Below are positions 1 to 9,063 of a DNA stretch of 20,000 nucleotides, one piece after another. Source of the stretch: an uncultured virus (IMG/VR IMGVR_UViG_3300030095_005052) (lineage: Duplodnaviria; Heunggongvirae; Uroviricota; Caudoviricetes); the IMG/VR virus record IMGVR_UViG_3300030095_005052. One strand, written 5' to 3'. The translations under genes were made by a program, and so were the position numbers. How positions within the stretch are numbered: position 1 is the first letter of the stretch; the number at the start of each line of letters is the position of its first letter. Below the pieces are notes generated by a model. It was given only the letters and a program-made list of their open reading frames with translations, was not told the DNA's origin and did no database searches.

Positions 1-951
1 ATCACCTGCGCTAGAATATTCACCACCACCCACATTTATTGGTGTATTTGGATCCATTGCGGCAAGGCTATTTATATTACTTTTCTCGCCATCTTGATAA
101 ACGTAGCCGCCAGGTGCATCAGTTGGAGCAGACATTAAACCATTTTGATAACTAATTTCTCCACCAGCACTATTGATATTAGGATCATTACCAAAATCGT
201 GGTAGGCTCCCGCGTTATTTAAAGCACCGCCAATTGTACCTAAAATACCTGCGCCTGGAATAACCATCGGAGCCATTGCTAAAGCCGCCGCCGCTGGCAA
301 TGCTTCCCTTGGAAACGCGTCATTTGTCGCCATAGTATACGCTGTACCCATTGGCCCACCTTTTATTGCATTCAATGCAAAGTCACCGACATTAGTTGCC
401 AAATCTCCAGCTTTACCTAATGAGAAACTATTATTATCTGGATTTTGTGTTGCGTCTGACATTTCTTTGCCGGTCAACACATTTAAATCTTCGTTAAGGC
501 CATAAAAATCTTTGTTAAAATTTGCTTCATTTCGGTTAAACCGATCCATAAACTCTGCTTTTCCATTATGTCTGGCGTCAAAGTTTGCCTCGTTTTTATC
601 GAAATCTGCTTTAAAATTAGGGTTTTGATAAAAATCCGTTGGACGATCATAATCTTCACCGCGCACCCCTGCGCCAGTTTGGGCTAGAGCTTGGAATACA
701 TCGTTATCAACAAAACTTGTATTGTTGTCGTCAAAATCTCCACCACGACCGCCATTGTCTATTATTCTTCTTGTAATAGGTGCGGGTTGCTCGACAATGT
801 TACCAGTAGAATCTGACGCGACAACTGGATTGTTTGTATTGCCGCGATAAACCCCCGCCGAATAATCTTGAGCAGGAAAAATGCGGCTGTAGGTAGGCTT
901 AGAATCAATAATATTTTGACGTGTTGTTCTCCACGCGTCTAGCAATCCCAT
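1..951 (-). CDS. Partial (runs off window) Gly/Asn/Asp-rich protein starting MGLLDAWR; putative virion/ejected protein downstream of portal
   Basis: Not in ORF track. ATG at 951 overlaps the portal stop (TAATG). Frame is open for 317 codons to position 1 (MGLLDAWRTTRQNIIDSKPTYSRIF...ALPAAAALAMAPMVIPGAGILGTIGGAL...). Function inferred only from position and composition. Confidence 0.8.
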   Translation of the reverse strand, partial: MGLLDAWRTTRQNIIDSKPTYSRIFPAQDYSAGVYRGNTNNPVVASDSTGNIVEQPAPITRRIIDNGGRGGDFDDNNTSFVDNDVFQALAQTGAGVRGEDYDRPTDFYQNPNFKADFDKNEANFDARHNGKAEFMDRFNRNEANFNKDFYGLNEDLNVLTGKEMSDATQNPDNNSFSLGKAGDLATNVGDFALNAIKGGPMGTAYTMATNDAFPREALPAAAALAMAPMVIPGAGILGTIGGALNNAGAYHDFGNDPNINSAGGEISYQNGLMSAPTDAPGGYVYQDGEKSNINSLAAMDPNTPINVGGGEYSSAGD

Positions 952-3122
952 TACTCTACCCTCTTATCATTTTCAATTGATTGATGTTCCAGTCTCTCTC
1001 TCGCCAAGCTCGCTTCAACTTCAAGTTTTGCACTACCGCTTTCAGCATCAGCGGCGATTTGTGCGGCTGTTTGTTCCATATCCGCAGAAATCTTCTCTCT
1101 TTCAATCGCAAGTTTTTGCTCCAGTTCCATAACTTTTAATTGCATTTCTTGCTGTTTAATTTCCATCTCAGCCTGTAACTCTTGCATCTTTTCACTATGG
1201 TCAATCTGCATTTCTTCACGTTTTATAATTAGCTTATCGTTTTCGATTTTCATCTGCGACTGCATAAACATTTCGTTTGCGTCTGGTTTTGGTGGCGGTA
1301 TGTCAGACCCGTCTGGGGCTGGTTGTGTAAAATATTTCTCTGCTTCAACCCCGCCTTCTTTAACTAAGTCAACGAGTGCAGAATAAACATTTTGACGCGA
1401 TACAATTGACCCACTGTCAAAACCCATATTTGCCGCAAGTTCTTTTTGAGCATTGAGGACATTTGTTAAAGCCGACACGCGCATTTCGTCGTTGCCATGA
1501 CCAAGACCAACCATAACCGTGACGTCGTATTCCGTATTCCAATTCCGTGGATCCATTGGCACCCATTGATTATTTAATCGGATTACGCGCTCTTGGTTTT
1601 GATGCATTGAAACGCATTTCAATATCTTTTTAAATAAATCTTTTACGCCACCATCAGCAAATAACCTCCCAATCATTTCGATACGCTGTTGCGACATATT
1701 GAGCATTAATTTTACGCCCGTCGCAGTTTGGTTTGGATTTAAAGAATCCTGATCAAGTCCCTGAGAATGTTTTGTAACGCCAGTGCGAACTTCTTTTATT
1801 TGATCTGCATATTCTAACGCCGATAATACATCTCCGCCTACCGGAGCGGCTGTCATTTCTCTGACCATGCCTGGCTGTTTGACGCGTACAATTCCTCCAG
1901 GGCGACTATTCAATAAGTCGTCCATATTACACATACCTTCCACCACTTCAGTCCGGTGGTTATTCTGTAAGTATATGTTGTCGAGTAAATTACGTAGTAA
2001 ACTTGTTTTTACATCTTGGATCATAAAAGTTTGATCTGCTATCGACATACCAAAAAATCGGTGTGGCATTGGTATGGGAACAATTGTTGAAAATGGCGGC
2101 TCTTCAACTTCTTCTTCATCTAAGATTAGATAACTGCCGGAACCACCAGCTAAGACGCGTATCCACTCCGCGATGCCGTCGCCGTTGCGGTCAGCTTTTA
2201 AATAACAATCATAAAGCCAAATCTCACGACGTGTTGGGTCATACGAATCTTCGCCTGTATGACTGCCACCAAAATCAGCGTCGTCAATTTGCTCTCGCAA
2301 TAATTTTTCAGTTGTAAAATCTTCTTCATCGAGTGTCGGTATTTGATCGACTAAACTTTGCTTATATCCGAGGGCAATTAAATCTGAGGCGGTGTAACGA
2401 GTTCGACTGGCGACAAAATTAGCTTCATCGAGAGTGCGCGCTTTCCGCTCTATGTAAAAATCTTCCGGTGCAACTGTCTCGACGACGCAACGTCCTTTTG
2501 TTTTTGTACGACGAATTTTTACTGAGTGTCCACTCGAATAAAGAGGTGTTGAAGCGGGAGCCACATCGCCGTCGAATAACCCCAGTTCGGCGGACATTTG
2601 CTCCTCATAGGAATGCTCAACCGCCTCAACCTCTGGATCAGCTAAAAGAAGTGTTACTTCTTCCATGCTCAAATTTTCATACGTCTCAGAAGTGACGTCT
2701 TTTTTATTTTCGTAATAAGTTTTAAAAATGCCAATGCCTGAGAGCAAAGCATCTTTAAAACCTTCGTGCAATAATTGCACTCCAGGGTTATCTTTTAAAA
2801 ATATATGATTTACATATTTGGTTGCTTGCTCGGCACTTGCCTCGTCTTCAGGGCCGACAGGCGCAAACTTTACAACTTCGCCGGAACCCGTGAAGGGTTT
2901 TAACAAACTTGGAAGCATTGATTCAACCGTATCCATAACATCAGACGATATTACAGCCGAGCGACCCTCAACTTCATTACCCATTGGATACGACAAATAA
3001 TATTCCAGAGCCTTTTCACGTCGACGCTGTAACTCACCGCCGTGATACCCCGCACTTGTGCGAATACCCTCGGCAATAAGTGACTTCAGTGTTTCTTTGG
3101 TAACCTTTTTACGTTTAGCCAT
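951..3122 (-). CDS. Phage portal protein (P22-like/podovirus type)
   Basis: 723 aa; motifs ALEYY...GRSAVISSDVMDTVESMLPSLL, PHRFFGMSIAD...Q..K..LLRNLLDN, EVRTGV, long C-terminal coiled-coil barrel; located downstream of terminase. Confidence 0.92.
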   Translation of the reverse strand: MAKRKKVTKETLKSLIAEGIRTSAGYHGGELQRRREKALEYYLSYPMGNEVEGRSAVISSDVMDTVESMLPSLLKPFTGSGEVVKFAPVGPEDEASAEQATKYVNHIFLKDNPGVQLLHEGFKDALLSGIGIFKTYYENKKDVTSETYENLSMEEVTLLLADPEVEAVEHSYEEQMSAELGLFDGDVAPASTPLYSSGHSVKIRRTKTKGRCVVETVAPEDFYIERKARTLDEANFVASRTRYTASDLIALGYKQSLVDQIPTLDEEDFTTEKLLREQIDDADFGGSHTGEDSYDPTRREIWLYDCYLKADRNGDGIAEWIRVLAGGSGSYLILDEEEVEEPPFSTIVPIPMPHRFFGMSIADQTFMIQDVKTSLLRNLLDNIYLQNNHRTEVVEGMCNMDDLLNSRPGGIVRVKQPGMVREMTAAPVGGDVLSALEYADQIKEVRTGVTKHSQGLDQDSLNPNQTATGVKLMLNMSQQRIEMIGRLFADGGVKDLFKKILKCVSMHQNQERVIRLNNQWVPMDPRNWNTEYDVTVMVGLGHGNDEMRVSALTNVLNAQKELAANMGFDSGSIVSRQNVYSALVDLVKEGGVEAEKYFTQPAPDGSDIPPPKPDANEMFMQSQMKIENDKLIIKREEMQIDHSEKMQELQAEMEIKQQEMQLKVMELEQKLAIEREKISADMEQTAAQIAADAESGSAKLEVEASLARERLEHQSIENDKRVE

Positions 3123-3347
3123 TTAACCTACTAACTGAGCCGCCGCTTTTGCCGCTTCTTTTGAGTAAGGGCCGTGATCGACAATATTTCCGTCATTGTC
3201 AGCCAACGCCCACTTTCCGAAATGTAAATGTTTAGGGGTTAATACTCCTACCACGCTTGAAGCATCTTTTTTTTCATCTAGACGCCGTTCAAGCGCGTCT
3301 ACTCTTTTCAACAATTCTTGGTATGCAACTTCTAATCTAATTGACAT
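3123..3347 (-). CDS. Hypothetical protein (74 aa), N-terminal coiled coil
   Basis: Abuts the portal start; AAGGA RBS upstream. Confidence 0.75.
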   Translation of the reverse strand: MSIRLEVAYQELLKRVDALERRLDEKKDASSVVGVLTPKHLHFGKWALADNDGNIVDHGPYSKEAAKAAAQLVG

Positions 3348-3374
3348 TTGGGGGTTCCTTTTTAGTTAAATTTT

Positions 3375-3383
3375 TGGTATAAT
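3375..3383 (+). promoter_or_regulatory. Extended -10 promoter (TGgTATAAT) for the 64-aa acidic ORF
   Basis: Perfect TGnTATAAT 25 bp upstream of ATG 3409; AGAGG RBS. Confidence 0.6.
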
Positions 3384-3408
3384 TTGGGTTCAAAAAAAGA
3401 GGTTTAAA

Positions 3409-3603
3409 ATGATTAAAACAACAGACGAATTAGACGCTTTTATTCAAGATGTGATAGTGCGTGTTTGGGACATCCACGAAATGGAAGCCTACGGTGGAGA
3501 GCCTGATTTTCCTATTCCATCCCATAAACCGGAAAGTCAAATTATGTTAGGTCAACTTACTGATTTAATTGAAGAGGCAATTGGTGTTACCGACGACGAT
3601 TAA
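3409..3603 (+). CDS. Small acidic hypothetical protein, candidate immunity/antitoxin
   Basis: 64 aa, D/E-rich, own RBS and promoter, convergent with and overlapping the 3' end of 3587..5173 by 17 bp. Confidence 0.65.
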   Translation: MIKTTDELDAFIQDVIVRVWDIHEMEAYGGEPDFPIPSHKPESQIMLGQLTDLIEEAIGVTDDD

Positions 3604-5173
3604 AACTATCAAGCAACCCTGATCTTAATATATTTTCCCGCTCTAACATTAAATTATCAACTTGCTCTGGCCCAAAAAACTGAGCCGCTCCTGGTTTGCC
3701 AGAGGCATCAAATAGTCCAGGTGATTTCCTCAATTCATAAACATCTTGTTTTATTGGTACACCCGCTTTTCGTCGTGCCTTTGACCAATCAGAAAACACA
3801 CTCGACATTGGTAACGGAACGTCAAAACCACCCATGTAATTTTGCGCCCCTACTGCACTTGGGTCACCCCCAAAAACAATGTCGTAGTCGTAAGTATTGT
3901 TAGGCGTTGGCAGTGAGCTTGTCGGCCTAATTGTAGCACCACCAGACATATCAATTACACTTTGACCCACCGATGGATCAGTGCTTCCCCTAATTAAATT
4001 CTTTAGATCAGGATCAGTAATTGCGTGTCTCAATTGTAAAACATCGGGGGCTGTATTTAATTTTCTGAAATCACTATTATCCATGACTTCCATTAACATT
4101 TTTCTAGTTGCTGGGTATCTACCAAAAAATTCATGGGCGTCGGGATGATTAATACCTGGAAACTTTTCAATTTTTGCGTCAGCTTGTTTTGTTACGTCGT
4201 TTACATTTTTTATACGCGACCGAATTTCTTTATTTAATCGCTGTTCAACTGTACTTGTAAAAGGTTTACTTACCTCTTTTACCCTAAAAAATAAGTCAAC
4301 TGTTTGCATGGAATAGTCGCCACCAGTGCCAGCGTATGGGGCAAAAACACCTACTGGTTTACCGCCAGCTTCTTCAATCTTTTTTACGTGACCCTTCATA
4401 GTTTGTAATGCGCTTAAAGCGGAACCCCAATCTCCAGTTCCTCCATGACGAGAATAATTTTTTCCAGCGTGCGCTGTAAGTGGTGTTAATAGACCTTGGC
4501 CCCCGACTGCATCAATAATTTGGTTGCCAGACCGATCTCCCGTTATAGGGAATACCGTTGTACCTTCTAAATCTTCGGGTGTAATAAATTTTCTTGGTGC
4601 AAGATTTGGGTTTGGTCTTATAATTAAACCTTCATCAAGACTTTTCAAATAATCTTCGTCAACTTTTAAATTTTTAGAATAAGGAGACGGTACACCGAGC
4701 TTTTGTCCTCTTTTACCCGTCGGAGCAACATTGCTTTCTAATGCGCCACGCGTTTCTAATTCTTTTTTTACATCCGGTAATAATTCACCCTTTTTATCTA
4801 CTCCAGCCCCAGCCGGAGAATATATAGTCGGGCCACCGTTGTGACCAATAGGTGGCGTATTTCTTAATCCCCTTTTTACACCTTCTCTTATACCAGCGAC
4901 TGTTCCTGGCACTGGTATCATTGCGATACCCGCACCCGCCATGCCTAACTTTGCAAGCGCATCTAAATAATCACCGCGACCAAATGCCTCACCGGATGCG
5001 CGGCTGTCGTTGACTATTCCTTTTATGTCAGCCTGTGGGCCGACTATATCTGCGCCACCTAATAAGCCAGTTTTCATTTGTTGATATGTCGGCACATTTA
5101 ACCCAAGGCGTCGACCAACATCAATAGGATCAGGGATACGATAACCGTATAATTTATCTAATAAACCCGCCAT
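3587..5173 (-). CDS. MAGLLD-leader protein (528 aa), putative virion-delivered effector with unknown C-terminal domain
   Basis: GAGG RBS; N-terminal MAGLLD; GRGDYLDALAKLGMAGAGIAMIPVPG segment reminiscent of pre-toxin hydrophobic linkers; C-terminal domain not recognised. Confidence 0.7.
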   Translation of the reverse strand: MAGLLDKLYGYRIPDPIDVGRRLGLNVPTYQQMKTGLLGGADIVGPQADIKGIVNDSRASGEAFGRGDYLDALAKLGMAGAGIAMIPVPGTVAGIREGVKRGLRNTPPIGHNGGPTIYSPAGAGVDKKGELLPDVKKELETRGALESNVAPTGKRGQKLGVPSPYSKNLKVDEDYLKSLDEGLIIRPNPNLAPRKFITPEDLEGTTVFPITGDRSGNQIIDAVGGQGLLTPLTAHAGKNYSRHGGTGDWGSALSALQTMKGHVKKIEEAGGKPVGVFAPYAGTGGDYSMQTVDLFFRVKEVSKPFTSTVEQRLNKEIRSRIKNVNDVTKQADAKIEKFPGINHPDAHEFFGRYPATRKMLMEVMDNSDFRKLNTAPDVLQLRHAITDPDLKNLIRGSTDPSVGQSVIDMSGGATIRPTSSLPTPNNTYDYDIVFGGDPSAVGAQNYMGGFDVPLPMSSVFSDWSKARRKAGVPIKQDVYELRKSPGLFDASGKPGAAQFFGPEQVDNLMLERENILRSGLLDSFNRRR

Positions 5174-5183
5174 GTAATCCTCA

Positions 5184-6626
5184 TTATATAAATGGTACGC
5201 CAGAGTTTATTTCTTGCTGGTACTTATTTTTATTTCTTTGTAATACTTTCACACGATCCAACACGTCTTGATCCCAAGTGACGTAGTTTCGGGTTCTACC
5301 GTCTACAATATCTATTGCACCCGGCTCATCTGCCCAATTTTGCAAGAGTTTTTTTGCTGATGTCTGATCGGATGTATCTAATTTTTGCAGTTCTTTTTTT
5401 GCAATATCTTTTGTAAGTTCATTGATTGCTTTTTTAAAATTGCCATCACTTAAAATTAAAAAATTTGATGCAATATTTTCATTTGCATACTTACCAATGT
5501 CTTCTCCCATAACAGTAACTTTTTTATCTCTACCTCTGCTTAGACCGTCAGAGTATCTATTGCCGGGAATGCCAGCCTTACGAAAAACCTCTGCCGCAAA
5601 ATCGCCACCCATAATAGAATCTATTGTACCCATTAACTGTTCGCCAGTGACATTTGGGCCAAACATTGCATCCCAATTACCGCCAAGGTCATCAAAAGCG
5701 TTTTCTGGCAATTGGTCTTTTATTTTTTCTAATGCGTTTTTTATATGTTGTGATTGCTCACTTAATGGCGCATCTAGGTCAATATATTTTGCAATATCTT
5801 CGTCTGGAATCTCTATTTTGTATAATTGTCCTTCTGGAACCTTATCATCTGGCCCCGCTTTTCTCATCAATTTTGGGTCAATTGATTGCAACAACCCAAT
5901 GTGATTATCAAGGTTTTGCACTTCAACGATATGCTGACTTCGACCTTCTCTTCCTTCCGCTTTAGCGAGTTCAACTAAATTATTTTTTCTTCTTAAAGTA
6001 CTGTTGATTTTATTTTGTATAACAACAGTAGGGTCTAAACTTTCGCTTATGGCTTCATTATATATATTATTTGCCATACCCTCTTGCGGTGTGAAATCTG
6101 TCCCCCTTCGAGTTGTTTCATTTATAGTCACGCCTCTAGGTATTGGCCTCCCACCATACGTCATTGTCGGTGCAATTGGACTTAACATTTCTTTATAAGA
6201 GTTTGCAACGACAGGCTCTTGCGCGGCATAAAAACCTTGCCCCTTTGCCGCATTACCCTCACCTGCTCCTATCTTATCCAAGCGAGGCCGTCCTTGTGGA
6301 AACCCTGGCTCGGCTTCCCATTTGTTAGGGCCACCGTGATAAAGATTCATTCCCACAGTCGATGAAGGTCGGGCTGGAGATAATAAGCTCGGCAAACTAA
6401 TCGTACCAGCCGCATCAAAGACACTTTTATAAGCTGGGTGAGTTACAGGTGCATTAGCTGGCAGTCTCATTGCCGTGCCTAAATTATCAAAACTTTTTGC
6501 CGCATCGATCAGCAGACCTGGGTAGGTCATTTGACCCCGTCCCGTTTTATCATAGCCGTAGGGATAAAAACTTCCCCTACTCACTATATTTGGGTCAGGT
6601 GCCATTAAATCTAATAAACCCGCCAT
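5184..6626 (-). CDS. MAGLLD-leader protein (480 aa) with ADP-ribosyltransferase-like (ART-PolyVal-type) domain
   Basis: LYHGGP...LDKIGAGEGNAAKGQGFYAAQEPVVANSY, GQLYKIEIPD, AGIPGNRYSDGLSRG and TRNYVTWD match the pattern of ART domains in phage polyvalent proteins, interrupted by insertions. Confidence 0.7.
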   Translation of the reverse strand: MAGLLDLMAPDPNIVSRGSFYPYGYDKTGRGQMTYPGLLIDAAKSFDNLGTAMRLPANAPVTHPAYKSVFDAAGTISLPSLLSPARPSSTVGMNLYHGGPNKWEAEPGFPQGRPRLDKIGAGEGNAAKGQGFYAAQEPVVANSYKEMLSPIAPTMTYGGRPIPRGVTINETTRRGTDFTPQEGMANNIYNEAISESLDPTVVIQNKINSTLRRKNNLVELAKAEGREGRSQHIVEVQNLDNHIGLLQSIDPKLMRKAGPDDKVPEGQLYKIEIPDEDIAKYIDLDAPLSEQSQHIKNALEKIKDQLPENAFDDLGGNWDAMFGPNVTGEQLMGTIDSIMGGDFAAEVFRKAGIPGNRYSDGLSRGRDKKVTVMGEDIGKYANENIASNFLILSDGNFKKAINELTKDIAKKELQKLDTSDQTSAKKLLQNWADEPGAIDIVDGRTRNYVTWDQDVLDRVKVLQRNKNKYQQEINSGVPFI

Positions 6627-6643
6627 AAAAACACCCTAAAAAT

Positions 6644-6700
6644 AATATCAATAAATATGATATTCGCTATTGACTAATTGTGACAAGTCACTATTATACT
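6644..6700. promoter_or_regulatory. Divergent promoter region with operator palindrome
   Basis: AATATCA-N7-TGATATT (6644-6664); leftward TTGTCA(6686-6681)-N18-TATCAT(6662-6657); rightward TTGACT(6670)-N16-TATTAT(6692). Confidence 0.6.
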
Positions 6701-6731
6701 CCTATAAACGAAACACTTAGGAGAGCGAATA

Positions 6732-7181
6732 ATGTTAGATCAAATAAATAAAGCCTTCGCAGAATTAGATGCTCAAATGCTTGAGCGTCAAACTGCTTGG
6801 GCATTGGAGCGTTGTGATGCTGTTAGGGCATTAGATCGCAAAACTTTTGATGGTGATCATTTAAGTTGGCGTCGAAAACAAATTGACTTGGCTGGTGGTG
6901 TTAAATGGCACAAACAAATTATGTATACCAGCCGCGCCATGCTTACAGAATATGTTGCAAAAAATGTTGCCGCTACAATCGACAGTCGTAACAGCAGAAT
7001 TATAACTGCCCTAAATAAAAAAGGTGTTACTGAAATTCCAGAATTTATTTTAAGCCACCACAGCGACGGTTATGAAGGCAGTTTTAAAGTAGCCGGACAC
7101 CTTGTAACAATCCTCACCGTTTTAGCTGGTGGTTACAACATTCAATGTCTTCACCAGCGCACAATTGTAAAAGTAAATTAA
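6732..7181 (+). CDS. Phage hypothetical protein (moron-like), C-terminal AGGYNIQCLHQR motif
   Basis: 149 aa, AGGAG RBS, own promoter, antisense to the late operon. Confidence 0.8.
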   Translation: MLDQINKAFAELDAQMLERQTAWALERCDAVRALDRKTFDGDHLSWRRKQIDLAGGVKWHKQIMYTSRAMLTEYVAKNVAATIDSRNSRIITALNKKGVTEIPEFILSHHSDGYEGSFKVAGHLVTILTVLAGGYNIQCLHQRTIVKVN

Positions 7182-7235
7182 TAAATGGGGGTTAACACCC
7201 CCGCCACCCCTTTAAACAAATAGGAGATCGACAAA

Positions 7236-7589
7236 ATGACTTCACCAACAGAACTCAAAATGACCTTACCAACAGAAATGATGGACGCTTGCCCTTTTGA
7301 TAATATTTTTGTTTGTTCTGATATTGATGAACAAACAAATGAAAAAATCTGGTTAATTAAAATTCCATTGATGAGGGGGTCAGATTGCCTCACTGTAAAT
7401 AAAAAATTTACATCACGTTTTAGCGCAGAAATTTGGGGTGCCAAAAATTTAACTGTTCAAGCACTTGTAACTTTTGTTCTTGAATCAAATGATTTTCAAG
7501 AACGAATTTTTAACTGTTGGCCCCCTTTTGAAGACGATCGTGGGATTGATTTAGACGTTTTGCTTTGTTCCTCCAGAATAGACACTTAA
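7236..7589 (+). CDS. Hypothetical protein (117 aa), second gene of moron
   Basis: AGGAG RBS upstream; same strand as 6732..7181. Confidence 0.7.
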   Translation: MTSPTELKMTLPTEMMDACPFDNIFVCSDIDEQTNEKIWLIKIPLMRGSDCLTVNKKFTSRFSAEIWGAKNLTVQALVTFVLESNDFQERIFNCWPPFEDDRGIDLDVLLCSSRIDT

Positions 7590-7605
7590 TAATAATCAAC
7601 CAAAA

Positions 7606-7633
7606 TAACCCCCCTCACTCAATTGGGGGGTTA
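7606..7633. terminator. Hairpin, probable bidirectional terminator
   Basis: TAACCCCCC-N10-GGGGGGTTA between convergent genes, AT-rich flanks. Confidence 0.55.
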
Positions 7634-7740
7634 ATAATTTTAACCTTACATCTTTTACAAACTAAGACCCTGTCCTCAGTGCCAACGTCAATTTTATGCC
7701 ACATAAAATAACAATAAATACTGCAACAAAAATTAGACAA
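7615..7740 (-). CDS. Possible small Cys/His (Zn-binding) peptide, 41 aa
   Basis: TTG start overlapping the terL end; SIYCYFMWHK...CKRCK pattern; weak RBS. Confidence 0.35.
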   Translation of the reverse strand: MSNFCCSIYCYFMWHKIDVGTEDRVLVCKRCKVKIINPPIE

Positions 7741-9052
7741 ATTGGTTACTGTTTGGGTAATCCAATTTAGACTTCCACGGCTTACGGTATGCACCAAACG
7801 ACGCCATGCCTTCACGGTATCCGACACAAAGATAACGCATTGCATCGGCAAAATGCGAGTTATCGTCATGTAGAGGTAAACCAGACGTCTCTTTAACGCG
7901 ATAATTTTTTAATGCCTTCAACAAGTCATGGCAATGAGTAGAGCTAATCCAAACACGAGGTAGTAAAGCGCGTACTGCTTCAATCCCTTCGGCAACTTTT
8001 CGCATAGGGACAATGGTAGGATTGATACCAAGTTGACGGAGTATGTCAGAGCGGCGTTGTGCAGTTGCCCCAAGTATTCTGGTATCCGTGTCGTGAGGAA
8101 ATAAATGATCACCATAACTATACCCTTTATCAAATGCTCGTTGTTGCAATACCTGGACGTAGTGTGCGAGACCCTCACCGGATGCCTGATAATCGTCAAC
8201 GATCCTTATTTGTGATCCAGACGTCTCTTGCCAAAATATAACCGTTGTCTTGTCTCGGACACCTAAATCCCAGCTTGTGTTTACAAGTAAATTTTCGTCG
8301 TGTGGTACGTTTCCGATGCGCTCTTCATGCTCGGCTTTAGCGAGTTGCTCGGCGTAGTACGCGCCCGTGATTGAGGCCGTCCAGTCGCACTCCATTTCCT
8401 GACGATATATATTATCGGATAACTGCTCTTTCAGTTCGTCGAGTTCTTCCTGCGGCAGTACATTCGTCTTACTCGCTGGGAATAAACAGGCAAACCACTT
8501 TGAGTTTCCGGCGTCCATTTCGGCCTTTGCTTGATCGTAGATGGCCTTAAATGCGTCGTCGCCCTTTGGCGTCCCTATCCATAAAACTTTGCCCTGGCGG
8601 TCTGCAATAGCTGGCCTAACGATGGACGGAAACACCTTTGCGCTGATGTCTGCATACTCATCAAAAATTACGGCGTCTAAAAATAAGCCTCGGATTTGTT
8701 CCGACGAATCATTAGAGCCTGATAGTAGATGTATTGTAATCCGCCCAGTCGGGTGGGGTATTTCGACCCTGAGTTTAGCGGCGTTATATTTAACCCCTGG
8801 GAACATCTCTGTAGCGTCTTTTACGTACTGAAATGCGACCTTCTCAGCCTGACTAAAGGTTGGTGCTATATAAGCCCCCTGCGGGTTCTTGTGGGGGCAT
8901 TCAAACAGCGATCTAACGAGCCAGTGTATCGCCATATACGTCTTGCCAAAACGACGATGCATGACGCAAACATTATAGCGCGTGGCGTTGTCGTGGAATT
9001 TCTTTTGTAGCGGCCTCGGTGTATAGGGGACGATTATTTTTTTAGGGGGCAT
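7733..9052 (-). CDS. terL: Terminase large subunit
   Basis: PYTPRPLQ, Walker A HRRFGKT, Walker B VIFDEY, IGTPKG, nuclease motifs SWDLG and SHFADAMRY. Confidence 0.95.
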   Translation of the reverse strand: MPPKKIIVPYTPRPLQKKFHDNATRYNVCVMHRRFGKTYMAIHWLVRSLFECPHKNPQGAYIAPTFSQAEKVAFQYVKDATEMFPGVKYNAAKLRVEIPHPTGRITIHLLSGSNDSSEQIRGLFLDAVIFDEYADISAKVFPSIVRPAIADRQGKVLWIGTPKGDDAFKAIYDQAKAEMDAGNSKWFACLFPASKTNVLPQEELDELKEQLSDNIYRQEMECDWTASITGAYYAEQLAKAEHEERIGNVPHDENLLVNTSWDLGVRDKTTVIFWQETSGSQIRIVDDYQASGEGLAHYVQVLQQRAFDKGYSYGDHLFPHDTDTRILGATAQRRSDILRQLGINPTIVPMRKVAEGIEAVRALLPRVWISSTHCHDLLKALKNYRVKETSGLPLHDDNSHFADAMRYLCVGYREGMASFGAYRKPWKSKLDYPNSNQFV

Positions 9053-9063
9053 ATGGCACCAAT

